NCBI GenBank assembly: GCA_964579435.1
Contig: CAZOGI010000008.1
Coordinates: 2,096-66,095 of the forward strand
DNA: 64,000 nt
Direction: 5' to 3'
From: an uncultured Planctomycetales bacterium
GTDB taxonomy: Bacteria > Omnitrophota > Gorgyraeia > Gygaellales > Profunditerraquicolaceae
Position 1 is the stretch's first letter. Each line of letters opens with the position of its first letter. The notes under the pieces are model-generated. The model was not told where the DNA came from. It searched no databases and saw only the letters and a program-made list of their open reading frames with translations. A program made the translations under genes and the position numbers. Positions 54,559 through 63,273 of this stretch are shown in pieces.

Positions 54559-55385
54559 CGCAAACACAGAATAAAAACGGGCCGATCATCTCGGTACGCA
54601 ACGTCACGAAATCCTTTCAGGGCAAAAAGACCATCGACAACATCAGCCTCGATATCTATCCCGGGGAGACCTTCGTGATCATGGGCTGCTCCGGCTCCGG
54701 CAAGAGCACGCTCCTGCGCCTGATGACCGGGGCGATAAAACCCGACTCGGGCAGCATCATCATCAAGGGCAAAGACATCGCCCACGCCAGCGCCGAAGAG
54801 CTCAACGACATCCGCAAATCCTACGGCATGCTCTTCCAGTACTCCGCGCTCCTGGATTCCCTCGACGTCGAGGAGAACGTGGCGCTGCCGCTGCGGGAAC
54901 ACACGAAACTGGCGGATGAGATCATCGGGATCATCATCAAGATGAAACTCTCCCTCGTCGGGCTGCGCGGCTACGAGAAACATTTGCCTTCCCAGATCTC
55001 CGGCGGCATGCGCAAACGGGTGGGGCTGGCGCGGGCAATCGCCCTGGACCCGGACATCGTCTTCTACGATGAGCCGACCTCCGGCCTCGACCCGGTCGTC
55101 GGCGGCGTCATCGACAAGCTCATCAAGGACTTAAGCGAAAAACTCATGATCACCTCGGTCGTCGTCACTCACGACATGCAGAGCGTCTTCAACATCGGCG
55201 ACCGCATCGCGATGGTGCATAAAGGCACGATCGTCCAGATCGGGACGCGCGAGGAGATCCGCAGCTCCTCCAATCCCTATATCCAGCAGTTCATCCACGG
55301 CAGCCACGAAGGCCCCATCGATTTCTTCAAAGAGAACGCCTTCGCCGAAGAAACAGCCAATCAGAAGGAGACAAGAGCCCCATGA
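54555..55385 (+). CDS. mlaF: MlaF-family ABC transporter ATP-binding protein
   Basis: Walker A (GCSGSGKST), signature (ISGGMRKR), Walker B (IVFYDEPTSGLD). ATGA overlap with the upstream gene. Confidence 0.85.
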   Translation: MTQTQNKNGPIISVRNVTKSFQGKKTIDNISLDIYPGETFVIMGCSGSGKSTLLRLMTGAIKPDSGSIIIKGKDIAHASAEELNDIRKSYGMLFQYSALLDSLDVEENVALPLREHTKLADEIIGIIIKMKLSLVGLRGYEKHLPSQISGGMRKRVGLARAIALDPDIVFYDEPTSGLDPVVGGVIDKLIKDLSEKLMITSVVVTHDMQSVFNIGDRIAMVHKGTIVQIGTREEIRSSSNPYIQQFIHGSHEGPIDFFKENAFAEETANQKETRAP

Positions 55386-56002
55386 AGAAATTCACCAACG
55401 AGATCAAGGTCGGTACCTTCGCCCTCCTGTGCCTGGCCGGATTCGCCTACCTGATCGTCTCCACCGGCAAGCTCGACTTCAAGAAAGAAGGCTACTTCCT
55501 CTCGGTGGTCTTCAACGACGCCGCGGGTCTCGAGAAAAAAGCCCCGGTCATGCTCAACGGCCTGGAGATCGGCAAAGTCGAAGAGGTCTTCACCGATTAT
55601 TCCGACGACCAGACGCGCGTGGTCCTGAAACTGTGGATAGACGCAAAAACCAAGATCCGCTCCAACCCCACGGTCTCGATCAAGACGCTGGGGCTGATGG
55701 GGGAGAAGTTCGTGCAGATCACCTCGCACAAAGGGCCGACGTTCGTGGAGCCGGGGACGGTGCTGGAGGGCAGGCCCTACCTCGATATGGACGCGCTCCT
55801 GGAACAGGCCCAAACCATGACCCAGGAGATCACCACGCAGCTCAACACCCTCATAGCCCAGCTCAACGGCACGGTCGCGGAGAACAAGAGCTCCATCACC
55901 CAGATCGTCCAGAACCTGGAATCGACGACCCAGAACCTCGATGAGCTCAGCGCCGACGTCAAGGCGCACCCCTGGAAGCTGCTTTTTAAAGGAAAAGAAT
56001 AG
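55382..56002 (+). CDS. mlaD: MlaD-like MCE domain protein
   Basis: N-terminal TM helix (IKVGTFALLCLAGFAYLIV) followed by an MCE domain (APVMLNGLEIGKVEEV). Confidence 0.75.
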   Translation: MKKFTNEIKVGTFALLCLAGFAYLIVSTGKLDFKKEGYFLSVVFNDAAGLEKKAPVMLNGLEIGKVEEVFTDYSDDQTRVVLKLWIDAKTKIRSNPTVSIKTLGLMGEKFVQITSHKGPTFVEPGTVLEGRPYLDMDALLEQAQTMTQEITTQLNTLIAQLNGTVAENKSSITQIVQNLESTTQNLDELSADVKAHPWKLLFKGKE

Positions 56003-56055
56003 ACCCGCACCAAGCGAGCACCACTTCCCGCCCGCATCCCTTGTAGTCTGGACCG

Positions 56056-57117
56056 GTGGTGATGCAAGAAATACCAAAGACCTCGGGCATGGGACAAAAA
56101 ACACTCAAGGTTAAACTGTTTCCGTACAGCGTCGGCGTAGGCACCGTTTTTTTGGCGACCCTCCTGGGAGAACTGGTCAAACGCAGGCTCGACCCGACCA
56201 ACATCGTCATGTTTTACCTGTTGGCCGTCGTGGTCGTTTCGATCCGCTGCGGACAGGGGCCCTCGATCATGACGGCTGTCCTGAGCGTGCTCGCTTTCGA
56301 TTTCTTCCTTATACCGCCCTACCTGACGCTCTCCATTGACGACCTTGAATACCTCTTCACCTTCGCGGCATTCCTGGCGGTAGGCATCACCGTCAGCACC
56401 CTTACCTCGAAGGTACGAACGCAGATTCTCCAACGGCAGACCGAAAAACTCCATTCTGCACTCCTTAACTCGCTCTCCCATGATCTGAAAACACCCCTCG
56501 TTTCGATCACCGGGGCACTCAGCGCCCTGCTAGCGAGCGGTATGAAACTCACCCCCCAGCAGAATGAAAAACTGCTCATCACCGCCTACGGGGAATCCGA
56601 AAGGTTGACGCATCTGGTGAATAATTTGCTGGAGATGACCAGGACGGAATCGGGGGTTCTGCGCATTGCCAGAAAGCCGTGCGACCTGCAGGACTTCCTG
56701 GGCGCCTGCTTCGAACAATTCAAGAACAAAATCGGCAGCCGGCACATAACGATAAACATCCCCCCGGAGACACCCGAAGTTGCCGTTGATTTTCCGTATC
56801 TGCTCAAGGCTTTCACGAATATCATCGATAATGCCATCAAATATTCCCCCGAAGGTTCCCCGATCGAGATCACGGCCGCCGCGGCGGGTGCACGGATCCG
56901 CATCTCGGTGCGCGATCACGGCTGTGGGATAGGCAAAAACGACCTCACGCGCATCTTTGAAAAATTCTACCGGGTGCAGAACCCCCACAACGTGTCGGGA
57001 ACCGGCCTCGGCTTGAGCATTGCGAAAAACATCATTGAGGCTCATGGCGGCAGGATCAGCGCCGAGAGCGCCCCCGGAAATGGTGCCACCTTTCTCGTCG
57101 AGCTCCCGCTCACCTAA
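56056..57117 (+). CDS. Sensor histidine kinase, KdpD C-terminal-type (4 TM plus HisKA plus HATPase) lacking the N-terminal KdpD/Usp sensor domains
   Basis: Four TM helices are followed directly by the H-box (LSHDLKTPL), N-box (DNAIKYSPEG), G1 (VRDHGCGIG) and G2 (GTGLGLSI). At 353 aa it is far shorter than full-length KdpD (about 890 aa). Confidence 0.7.
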   Translation: MVMQEIPKTSGMGQKTLKVKLFPYSVGVGTVFLATLLGELVKRRLDPTNIVMFYLLAVVVVSIRCGQGPSIMTAVLSVLAFDFFLIPPYLTLSIDDLEYLFTFAAFLAVGITVSTLTSKVRTQILQRQTEKLHSALLNSLSHDLKTPLVSITGALSALLASGMKLTPQQNEKLLITAYGESERLTHLVNNLLEMTRTESGVLRIARKPCDLQDFLGACFEQFKNKIGSRHITINIPPETPEVAVDFPYLLKAFTNIIDNAIKYSPEGSPIEITAAAAGARIRISVRDHGCGIGKNDLTRIFEKFYRVQNPHNVSGTGLGLSIAKNIIEAHGGRISAESAPGNGATFLVELPLT

Positions 57118-57121
57118 AACC

Positions 57122-57823
57122 ATGACAGAACAGGCGAAACTGCGCATCCTGGTTGTTGACGACGAAAGGGCAATCCGGGACTTCCTTAAAACCTCTCTTT
57201 CGGCCCATGGATACATCGTTTTCGAGGCAGCGGGAGGAAAAGAGGCCTTGGCCGGCTCGATCGAAACGCATCCCGATGCCATCATACTCGACTTGGGTCT
57301 AGCGGACAAAGACGGCAAAGAGATCATCGTTAAGGTGCGCAAACGCGCAGAAACACCGATCATTGTCCTCTCGGTCCGGGATGATCCCGACGAAAAAATA
57401 GCCGCTCTGGATGCCGGAGCCGACGACTATCTCACCAAACCATTTTCCGTCGGTGAACTCCTGGCGCGCTTAAAAGCGGTCATGCGGCGCCTGGCACCCG
57501 CGGGAGGACAAGAACGTCTCACTTGCGGGAAACTGACTTTGGATATCATCAACCGCCGGGTGACGCTCGACGGCAGAGAGATCGCGCTTTCGCCGACCGA
57601 ATACACCATGCTCCAATTACTGATGACAAACGCCGGCAAAGTACTCACCCATAAACAGATCCTCCGCCGGGTATGGGACAAAACCGAGGATTTCGAGGGG
57701 ATCCTGCACCTCCTGCGCGTCACCATAAGCAATCTCCGCAGCAAGATCGAACCGAACCCCGGCAGGCCGACCTACCTCCTCACCGAACCGGGCGTAGGCT
57801 ACCGCCTACACACAGACGACTAG
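57122..57823 (+). CDS. kdpE: OmpR-family response regulator, KdpE-like
   Basis: Receiver domain (LVVDDE, phospho-accepting aspartate in IILDLGLAD, conserved lysine in YLTKPF) plus a winged-helix (LTPTEYTMLQLLMTNAGKVLTHKQI). Confidence 0.8.
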   Translation: MTEQAKLRILVVDDERAIRDFLKTSLSAHGYIVFEAAGGKEALAGSIETHPDAIILDLGLADKDGKEIIVKVRKRAETPIIVLSVRDDPDEKIAALDAGADDYLTKPFSVGELLARLKAVMRRLAPAGGQERLTCGKLTLDIINRRVTLDGREIALSPTEYTMLQLLMTNAGKVLTHKQILRRVWDKTEDFEGILHLLRVTISNLRSKIEPNPGRPTYLLTEPGVGYRLHTDD

Positions 57824-57997
57824 GCGGTTTTGACCTTTTTTTGACTTGTCTCCGCCCCCCCATCAGGGTATCCTAAAAAACCGAATCAACGCTTGATACA
57901 CACGCTCTCCGGAGAAATCCCACTCTCTGGGTTTTTTATGCTTGCCGACACCCCTGCACGGGGACCGTGCGGGACACGAAACAAGCGCGCCGAACCG

Positions 57998-58117
57998 ATG
58001 AAGAAAAACAGACTCCTCTGCAATGCCGCATTGGGGATCCTGGTCGAGATTGTATTCGCGCTCTTGATCATCATCCTCGGGCTGGCCCTTGCGCAGGGAA
58101 TAAACGCGTCACGATGA
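57998..58117 (+). CDS. Possible small single-TM membrane protein (39 aa) translationally coupled to trkH
   Basis: MKKNRLLCNAALGILVEIVFALLIIILGLALAQGINASR. Its stop TGA overlaps the trkH ATG (ATGA). No obvious Shine-Dalgarno sequence, so this is speculative. Confidence 0.25.
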   Translation: MKKNRLLCNAALGILVEIVFALLIIILGLALAQGINASR

Positions 58118-59619
58118 TGCTCAGACCGCAAAGATCGGACATCCAAAGCGTCGGTTATTACCTGGGTAGGATCATACTTGGCCTCGGCCTCACCATGTAT
58201 CTGCCGTTCATTGCCGGTCTCGTGCTTTTCAAGGAAGCCGGACCGGCCCTCGACTTCCTGATCAGCGCCAATATCTCGGTGTGCCTCGGCTTACTGCTGG
58301 ACTGGCTCTGCAAGACCGAACACGATCTGCGCGCCGGACCCGCAATGGTCGTTATCGGCCTCGCCTGGCTGGCGGCGATGACACTCAGTGCCCTCCCGCT
58401 GTTCTGGAGTTGCCACTTCAAATCGTTTCTCGATGCCTGCTTCGAGACGATGTCAGGCTTCACGACCACCGGATTGACCCTGGTGCAGGATCTGGACCAT
58501 CTTTCGCTGACCCATAACCTGTGGCGCCACCTGGGACCGTTCTTGGGAGGGCAGGGGATAGCGATCATCGCGATTTCATTCCTCGTCGGAAACCCCAGCG
58601 GCTCGCTCAACCTGTACCTGGGAGAAGGCCGCGACGAAAAACTGGTTCCCAACGTCATCCACACGGCGCGCTTCATCTGGGGCATCAGCGTCACCTATTT
58701 GATCCTCGGCACACTCCTCCTGGGCCTGGCGGGACTGTCTATCGGCCTCCCGCCTCGAAGCGCCTTCTTCCACGCGGTCTGCATCTTTATGGCAGGATTC
58801 GACACCGCAGGATTCGCTCCAACATCACCCAATATTCTTTACTACCACAGCCTTCTGTATGAGATGCTCACGATATGTTTCATGGTCATCGGCTCCTTTA
58901 ATTTCAATCTGCACTACCGGATCTGGAACGGAGATTTCAAGGAGATCGGCAAAAACATCGAGACTCGCTCATTGCTTCTCATCGTGACGCTCGTTTCTCT
59001 CGTCGTTCTCTCGGGACTCGTTCAGGCAGGCGTTTATCCGAACGGAATAATCCTGTTCCGCAAGGGATTCTATCATATTATTTCGGGCCAAACCACGACC
59101 GGGTACATGACGATCTATGCTCAACAGTTCATCAACGACTGGGGAGGACTGGCTCTGACGGGGCTCATCGTTGCCATGGGTTTGGGCGGATGCGCGTGTT
59201 CCACCGCAGGCGGCATCAAGATGCTGCGCGTCGGGATTATCGCAAAGGCATTCGCGCAGGATATGCGAAGCTTTCTATTGCCCTCCCGGGCGATAGTGAC
59301 ACAACGATTCCATCACATGAAGACAATGTTCGTTGAAGACAGACACGTGCGTACCGTGCTGATCATTACCATAGGATACCTCCTCCTTTACGCGGCCGGC
59401 ACCCTGGCGGGGCTGGCGTCGGGCTACCCTCTTCTTGAATCCTTGTTTGAGTCTACGTCTGCGGCGGGCAACGTCGGACTTTCCTGCGGAATAACCGATG
59501 CGGCCATGCCCGCAGGGCTTAAAATCGTCTATATCATCGAGATGTGGGCGGGCAGGCTTGAACTCCTCTCCGTCTTCGCGCTCTTTGGGTTTTTCGTCTC
59601 TCTCTTCAGGGGCAAATAA
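58114..59619 (+). CDS. trkH: TrkH/KtrB-family potassium transporter membrane subunit
   Basis: Multiple M-P-M repeats with a selectivity-filter-like glycine motif (GFTTTGLT...). About 500 aa, as in the TrkH family. Confidence 0.85.
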   Translation: MMLRPQRSDIQSVGYYLGRIILGLGLTMYLPFIAGLVLFKEAGPALDFLISANISVCLGLLLDWLCKTEHDLRAGPAMVVIGLAWLAAMTLSALPLFWSCHFKSFLDACFETMSGFTTTGLTLVQDLDHLSLTHNLWRHLGPFLGGQGIAIIAISFLVGNPSGSLNLYLGEGRDEKLVPNVIHTARFIWGISVTYLILGTLLLGLAGLSIGLPPRSAFFHAVCIFMAGFDTAGFAPTSPNILYYHSLLYEMLTICFMVIGSFNFNLHYRIWNGDFKEIGKNIETRSLLLIVTLVSLVVLSGLVQAGVYPNGIILFRKGFYHIISGQTTTGYMTIYAQQFINDWGGLALTGLIVAMGLGGCACSTAGGIKMLRVGIIAKAFAQDMRSFLLPSRAIVTQRFHHMKTMFVEDRHVRTVLIITIGYLLLYAAGTLAGLASGYPLLESLFESTSAAGNVGLSCGITDAAMPAGLKIVYIIEMWAGRLELLSVFALFGFFVSLFRGK

Positions 59620-59621
59620 CT

Positions 59622-60146
59622 ATGCGCCGATTACCATGGGCGATCGCCGGTTTCGCTGCGCTGACCCTTACCTGTTCGAGGGCACACGGGCAGGAACGTT
59701 CGAACCTGGAGTTGCTCAACAATACCACGAAGCATGACGGACAAAACCTGATATGCAGAGGAGAAGTAATAGGAGATATTATGCGGCGCGGTGACCACGC
59801 CTGGATACACCTCAATGACGGGACAGCAACGATCGGCATATGGGCGGCAGCCGATGATGTCCGGTCAATAGCCACAACCGGTAGTTACGGGAGGAGAGGA
59901 GACACCGTTGAGATAAACGGAACGCTCCACCGCAGCTGCCCCGAACACGCAGGAGATCTCGATATACACGCTCAGAGCCTCATAGTCCTGAGCCCCGGCT
60001 CGACTCTTGCCACCTCGGTCAGCGTGAAAAAGCGTTTCGCAGGTACCGTTTCTTTCTTCCTCGTCCTTGTATCCTACGCGCTCAAACGCATGCTTCGGCG
60101 AACCGGCTCCGGGCATACGCCCTCTGCCAACCGGCAGCCGCGGTAA
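59622..60146 (+). CDS. Hypothetical exported protein with C-terminal hydrophobic anchor
   Basis: Signal peptide (AIAGFAALTLTCSRAHG) and C-terminal TM (VSFFLVLVSYAL). No recognizable domain. Confidence 0.35.
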   Translation: MRRLPWAIAGFAALTLTCSRAHGQERSNLELLNNTTKHDGQNLICRGEVIGDIMRRGDHAWIHLNDGTATIGIWAAADDVRSIATTGSYGRRGDTVEINGTLHRSCPEHAGDLDIHAQSLIVLSPGSTLATSVSVKKRFAGTVSFFLVLVSYALKRMLRRTGSGHTPSANRQPR

Positions 60147-60168
60147 TTATTCCCCGCCCAGTTTACGG

Positions 60169-60197
60169 TTGACACCGCCGGTTTTCGGTGTTATATT
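60169..60197 (+). promoter_or_regulatory. Sigma70-like promoter TTGACA-17-TATATT upstream of rpsU
   Basis: TTGACA 60169-74 and TATATT 60192-97, followed by a 5' UTR of about 70 nt with an AAAGGAG RBS at 60253-59. Confidence 0.5.
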
Positions 60198-60268
60198 TTA
60201 ACCCTGCGCTTGCAGTACCCATCACCGCTTCCGCTTCCATTTTTAGCGCATGAAAGGAGTTGATCACC

Positions 60269-60427
60269 GTGCCGCACATAGAAGTCAAACGTGACGAGCC
60301 ATTCGAGGCTGCCCTGCGCCGCTTCAAGAAAAAGATCGAGCAGGAAGGCATCTTAAAAGAGGTCCGTAACCGCAAGCACTACGAAAAACCCAGCGAACGC
60401 AAGCGCAAGAAGTCGCGCCGCCGCTGA
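60269..60427 (+). CDS. rpsU: 30S ribosomal protein S21 (52 aa, GTG start)
   Basis: Translated by hand: [52 protein letters not shown]. This is the S21 consensus. It is below the 60-aa cutoff of the ORF track. The RBS lies 9 nt upstream of the GTG. Confidence 0.85.
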   Translation: MPHIEVKRDEPFEAALRRFKKKIEQEGILKEVRNRKHYEKPSERKRKKSRRR

Positions 60428-60444
60428 TAAGGGCACTGCGCGCA

Positions 60445-61347
60445 ATGCCCCTGGGTCTGTCTACTTCGTGGAATGCAGCGCTCCATTCCGACGGGGCGCG
60501 CATGCTCAAGGAACTCACTGAGCAAACCGGCTTTGCCTCCTTCGAGCTGAGCTTCAACCTCACCCGCTCCATGGTCGAGGGAATCGAGGCGGCTCATGCC
60601 GATGTCTTAAGCGTCCACAACTACTGTCCGATACCCGAAGGTTTCGCGCGCCCCGAGGCGCTGCCCGACTGCTACGCGCTCTCCGCGCCCGATGAAGAAC
60701 AGCGCGAGCGCGCGGTGCGCTACACGAGACGCACGATCGAAACCGCCGGCAGGCTCGGCGCGCGGGCGGTAGTCCTGCATTGCGGCAGGGTCGAGATACC
60801 CGATCGCACGCACCAGCTGATCTCGCTCTTTGAATCCGGGGAAAGTCACGGCGCGCGCTTCCGGCAGTTGCGCCAGGAGCACCTTGCGCAGCGACGTGAA
60901 TGCGCAGGCGTTTTCTTAACCCAGGCCTGCGCGAGCCTCCAGGAACTCATCCCCGCCGCCCAGAAAGAGGGGATCTTCCTGGGCATTGAAAACCGCTTCT
61001 ATATCCGGGAAATCCCTTCTTTCGAAGAGACCGCCCTGATCCTAAAGCGGTTTGCCGGCGCCCCGCTGCGCTACTGGCACGACACCGGCCACGCGTTCAT
61101 ACAGGAGCGCCTGGGGCTCAACCCCCACCTGGAGTGGCTCAAACGCTACGGTCCGTCCCTGGGCGGCATGCACCTGCACGACGTCGTCGGCCTCGACGAC
61201 CACCGTGCCCCCGGCACGGGCATAATCGATTTTGGGTCCTTTGCGCCCTTCCGGCGTAAAGACACCCTCATGATCGTCGAGACGCACCGTCCGGCCGCCG
61301 CCGCAGAGATCCGCGCAAGCCGCGCGCTGTTTGAAAAAACCGCATAA
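60445..61347 (+). CDS. Sugar phosphate isomerase/epimerase (xylose-isomerase-like TIM barrel, AP endonuclease 2 fold)
   Basis: GFASFELSF, VLSVHNYCP, AVVLHCG and LGIEN are the COG1082-type metal-binding motif series. Confidence 0.55.
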   Translation: MPLGLSTSWNAALHSDGARMLKELTEQTGFASFELSFNLTRSMVEGIEAAHADVLSVHNYCPIPEGFARPEALPDCYALSAPDEEQRERAVRYTRRTIETAGRLGARAVVLHCGRVEIPDRTHQLISLFESGESHGARFRQLRQEHLAQRRECAGVFLTQACASLQELIPAAQKEGIFLGIENRFYIREIPSFEETALILKRFAGAPLRYWHDTGHAFIQERLGLNPHLEWLKRYGPSLGGMHLHDVVGLDDHRAPGTGIIDFGSFAPFRRKDTLMIVETHRPAAAAEIRASRALFEKTA

Positions 61348-61351
61348 CACC

Positions 61352-62164
61352 ATGCACACCCCCGTGCGTAAAGCCGTCGTTGCAGGACAATTCTATCCCG
61401 CATCCGAACGGGACCTGCGCGCGACCATCAAAAGTTTCTTGGGCCGGCCGCGTACGGCCCGGGCGGTTAAAAGTTGCCTGCTGCCGCACGCGGGATACGC
61501 CTACTCCGGGGCAGTCGCCGCGCGCACCCTGCAGCGCTGCGTCATCCCGGAGACCGCGCTCCTGCTGGGGCCGAACCATACGGGCCAGGGCGCTCTCTTC
61601 AGCGTCGCCGATCGGGGATCATGGCAGACTCCGCTGGGGGAGGTCCCGATAGACGAACCCCTGGCGGCGGCGCTCCTGAAACGCTCGCGCGCGCTGCGCA
61701 GTGACAGCCTTGCCCAGCGTAACGAACACTCCCTTGAAGTCCTGGTGCCGCTGCTGCAGTATCTGCGCCCCGATATCCGGATCGTACCGGTGACGCTCTT
61801 TTCGCAACAAGCCCAGGAGCTCGCCCGCCTCGGGGAAGATATCGCCGAAGAGGTAGAGCGGCATTGCGGCGGGGTCCTGATCGTTGCCAGCTCGGATATG
61901 ACCCATTACGAGCCGCAGGAACGGGCAACCGCCAAAGACGCCGAGGCGATCAAAGCCCTCGAGGCATTGGACCCCGACGCGCTGGTCTCGGCGGTCTGCG
62001 ATCTCAAGATCACGATGTGCGGGACCGCGCCGGCCCTGGCGATGCTTTCGGCAGCCAGGAAACTCGGCGCCCGGGAAGGAAAACTGATAGAATATACGAC
62101 CAGCGGCTCCGCCACCGGCGACTACGCCAGCGTCGTCGGGTACGCGGGAATGATCTTTTATTGA
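61352..62164 (+). CDS. MEMO1-family protein (AmmeMemoRadiSam system protein B)
   Basis: VRKAVVAGQFYP, LLPHAGYAYSGAVAA and HSLEVLVP...SSDMTHY. These family motifs are clear. Confidence 0.75.
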   Translation: MHTPVRKAVVAGQFYPASERDLRATIKSFLGRPRTARAVKSCLLPHAGYAYSGAVAARTLQRCVIPETALLLGPNHTGQGALFSVADRGSWQTPLGEVPIDEPLAAALLKRSRALRSDSLAQRNEHSLEVLVPLLQYLRPDIRIVPVTLFSQQAQELARLGEDIAEEVERHCGGVLIVASSDMTHYEPQERATAKDAEAIKALEALDPDALVSAVCDLKITMCGTAPALAMLSAARKLGAREGKLIEYTTSGSATGDYASVVGYAGMIFY

Positions 62165-62181
62165 GAAAGGCGGGTTGAGTG

Positions 62182-62541
62182 ATGGACCAGGAACAGCAGA
62201 AGCACGTCGACGAAAGCTGGAAAGAGGCGGTCGCCAAGGAGAAAGAACGCCAGGGCAAAGAGGGAACCTTCGTCCCCCCGGACCCGGATTTCTCCTTCTT
62301 TGTGACGACCCTGGCCCTGCAGGCCTCGATCTCCCTGGGGGTCGTCGCCAACCCGGGGACGAACCAGAAGGAAGAGAACCTGGCCCAGGCAAAATTCATG
62401 ATCGACACCCTTTCGCTGCTGCAGGAAAAGACAAAAGGCAACCTTACCGAAGACGAAGGCAAACTCCTGGAGAATATCCTCTACGAACTGCGCATGCAAT
62501 TCATCGAGAAAAGCAAAAAAGGAGACCTGAATGCTCGATAA
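62182..62541 (+). CDS. DUF1844 domain protein
   Basis: PDPDFSFFVTTLALQASISLG matches the DUF1844 core. Confidence 0.55.
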   Translation: MDQEQQKHVDESWKEAVAKEKERQGKEGTFVPPDPDFSFFVTTLALQASISLGVVANPGTNQKEENLAQAKFMIDTLSLLQEKTKGNLTEDEGKLLENILYELRMQFIEKSKKGDLNAR

Positions 62542-62686
62542 AGAGTTGCTGGAGATACTGGCCTGCCCGGCATGCAGGGGAGACGTTGAACTGAAAGAAG
62601 ACAAAATAGTTTGCAAGAAATGCGCTAAAAAGTACCCGGTCCGCGACGGCATCCCGGTTATGCTGATCGATGAGGCACAGGAGTGA
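62531..62686 (+). CDS. Trm112-family small protein (DUF343; zinc-ribbon-like)
   Basis: Hand-translated: MLDKELLEILACPACRGDVELKEDKIVCKKCAKKYPVRDGIPVMLIDEAQE. The LLxILxCPxC...YPIxDGIPxLL motif is present. Overlaps the DUF1844 stop by 11 nt. Confidence 0.6.
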   Translation: MLDKELLEILACPACRGDVELKEDKIVCKKCAKKYPVRDGIPVMLIDEAQE

Positions 62687-62693
62687 TGCGCAT

Positions 62694-62731
62694 GGCACCA
62701 GACACCAGACACATGACACATGACACAAAAA
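62694..62731 (+). repeat. CA-rich tandem heptamer array (ACCAGAC ACCAGAC ACATGAC ACATGAC ACAA)
   Basis: Starts 8 nt after the Trm112-like stop and lies 35 nt before aroQ. Confidence 0.45.
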
Positions 62732-62765
62732 TAACTCATCCAGCGGCGGCTTGTTTTTGCCTGAG

Positions 62766-63269
62766 ATGAAAACCACTCGTCGCATCCTTATAATCCACGG
62801 CCCCAACCTGCATCTGCTGGGAACACGGGAGCCCCAGGTATACGGAAAAACCACCCTTGCCCAGATCAACCGCATGCTGCAGGCGATCGCCAAGAGACGC
62901 AAGGCCGCCCTCACCATATGCCAGTCCAACCACGAAGGCCGGATCGTCGATCTGATTACGGAGGCCCCGGGCCGCTATGCCGGACTCCTGATCAACCCTG
63001 CCGCATACACCCATACCAGCGTCGCACTCAGGGACGCAATCGCCGCCGCAGGGCTGCTGACCATCGAGGTACATCTCTCCAACATCCATGCCCGGGAAGA
63101 GTTCAGGCGCCAATCACTGATCACGCCGGTTGCCAAAGGCACGATCATGGGCTTCGGGGCGAAAAGTTACGCGCTGGGCTTAGAGACACTAATAGACCTG
63201 ATCGAACAGGCACCGGCAACAGAACAGAAGAGGTCAAAACCGCGCCGGGCGCCGTATCAGCGAAGTTAG
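62766..63269 (+). CDS. aroQ: 3-dehydroquinate dehydratase, type II
   Basis: [37 protein letters not shown] and [15 protein letters not shown] are the type II DHQase signatures. Confidence 0.85.
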   Translation: MKTTRRILIIHGPNLHLLGTREPQVYGKTTLAQINRMLQAIAKRRKAALTICQSNHEGRIVDLITEAPGRYAGLLINPAAYTHTSVALRDAIAAAGLLTIEVHLSNIHAREEFRRQSLITPVAKGTIMGFGAKSYALGLETLIDLIEQAPATEQKRSKPRRAPYQRS

Positions 63270-63273
63270 AGAC

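Noticed and set aside
57824-57845. T-rich tract after kdpE (GGCGGTTTTGACCTTTTTTTGAC) as an intrinsic terminator.
   Set aside because: No convincing GC-rich stem precedes the T-run.
62751-62765. Earlier ATG (62751, MFLPE...) as the aroQ start.
   Set aside because: Type II dehydroquinases begin close to the ILIIHGPNL motif. The ATG at 62766 gives the canonical N-terminus, and the 62751 start would begin inside the upstream repeat-containing spacer.
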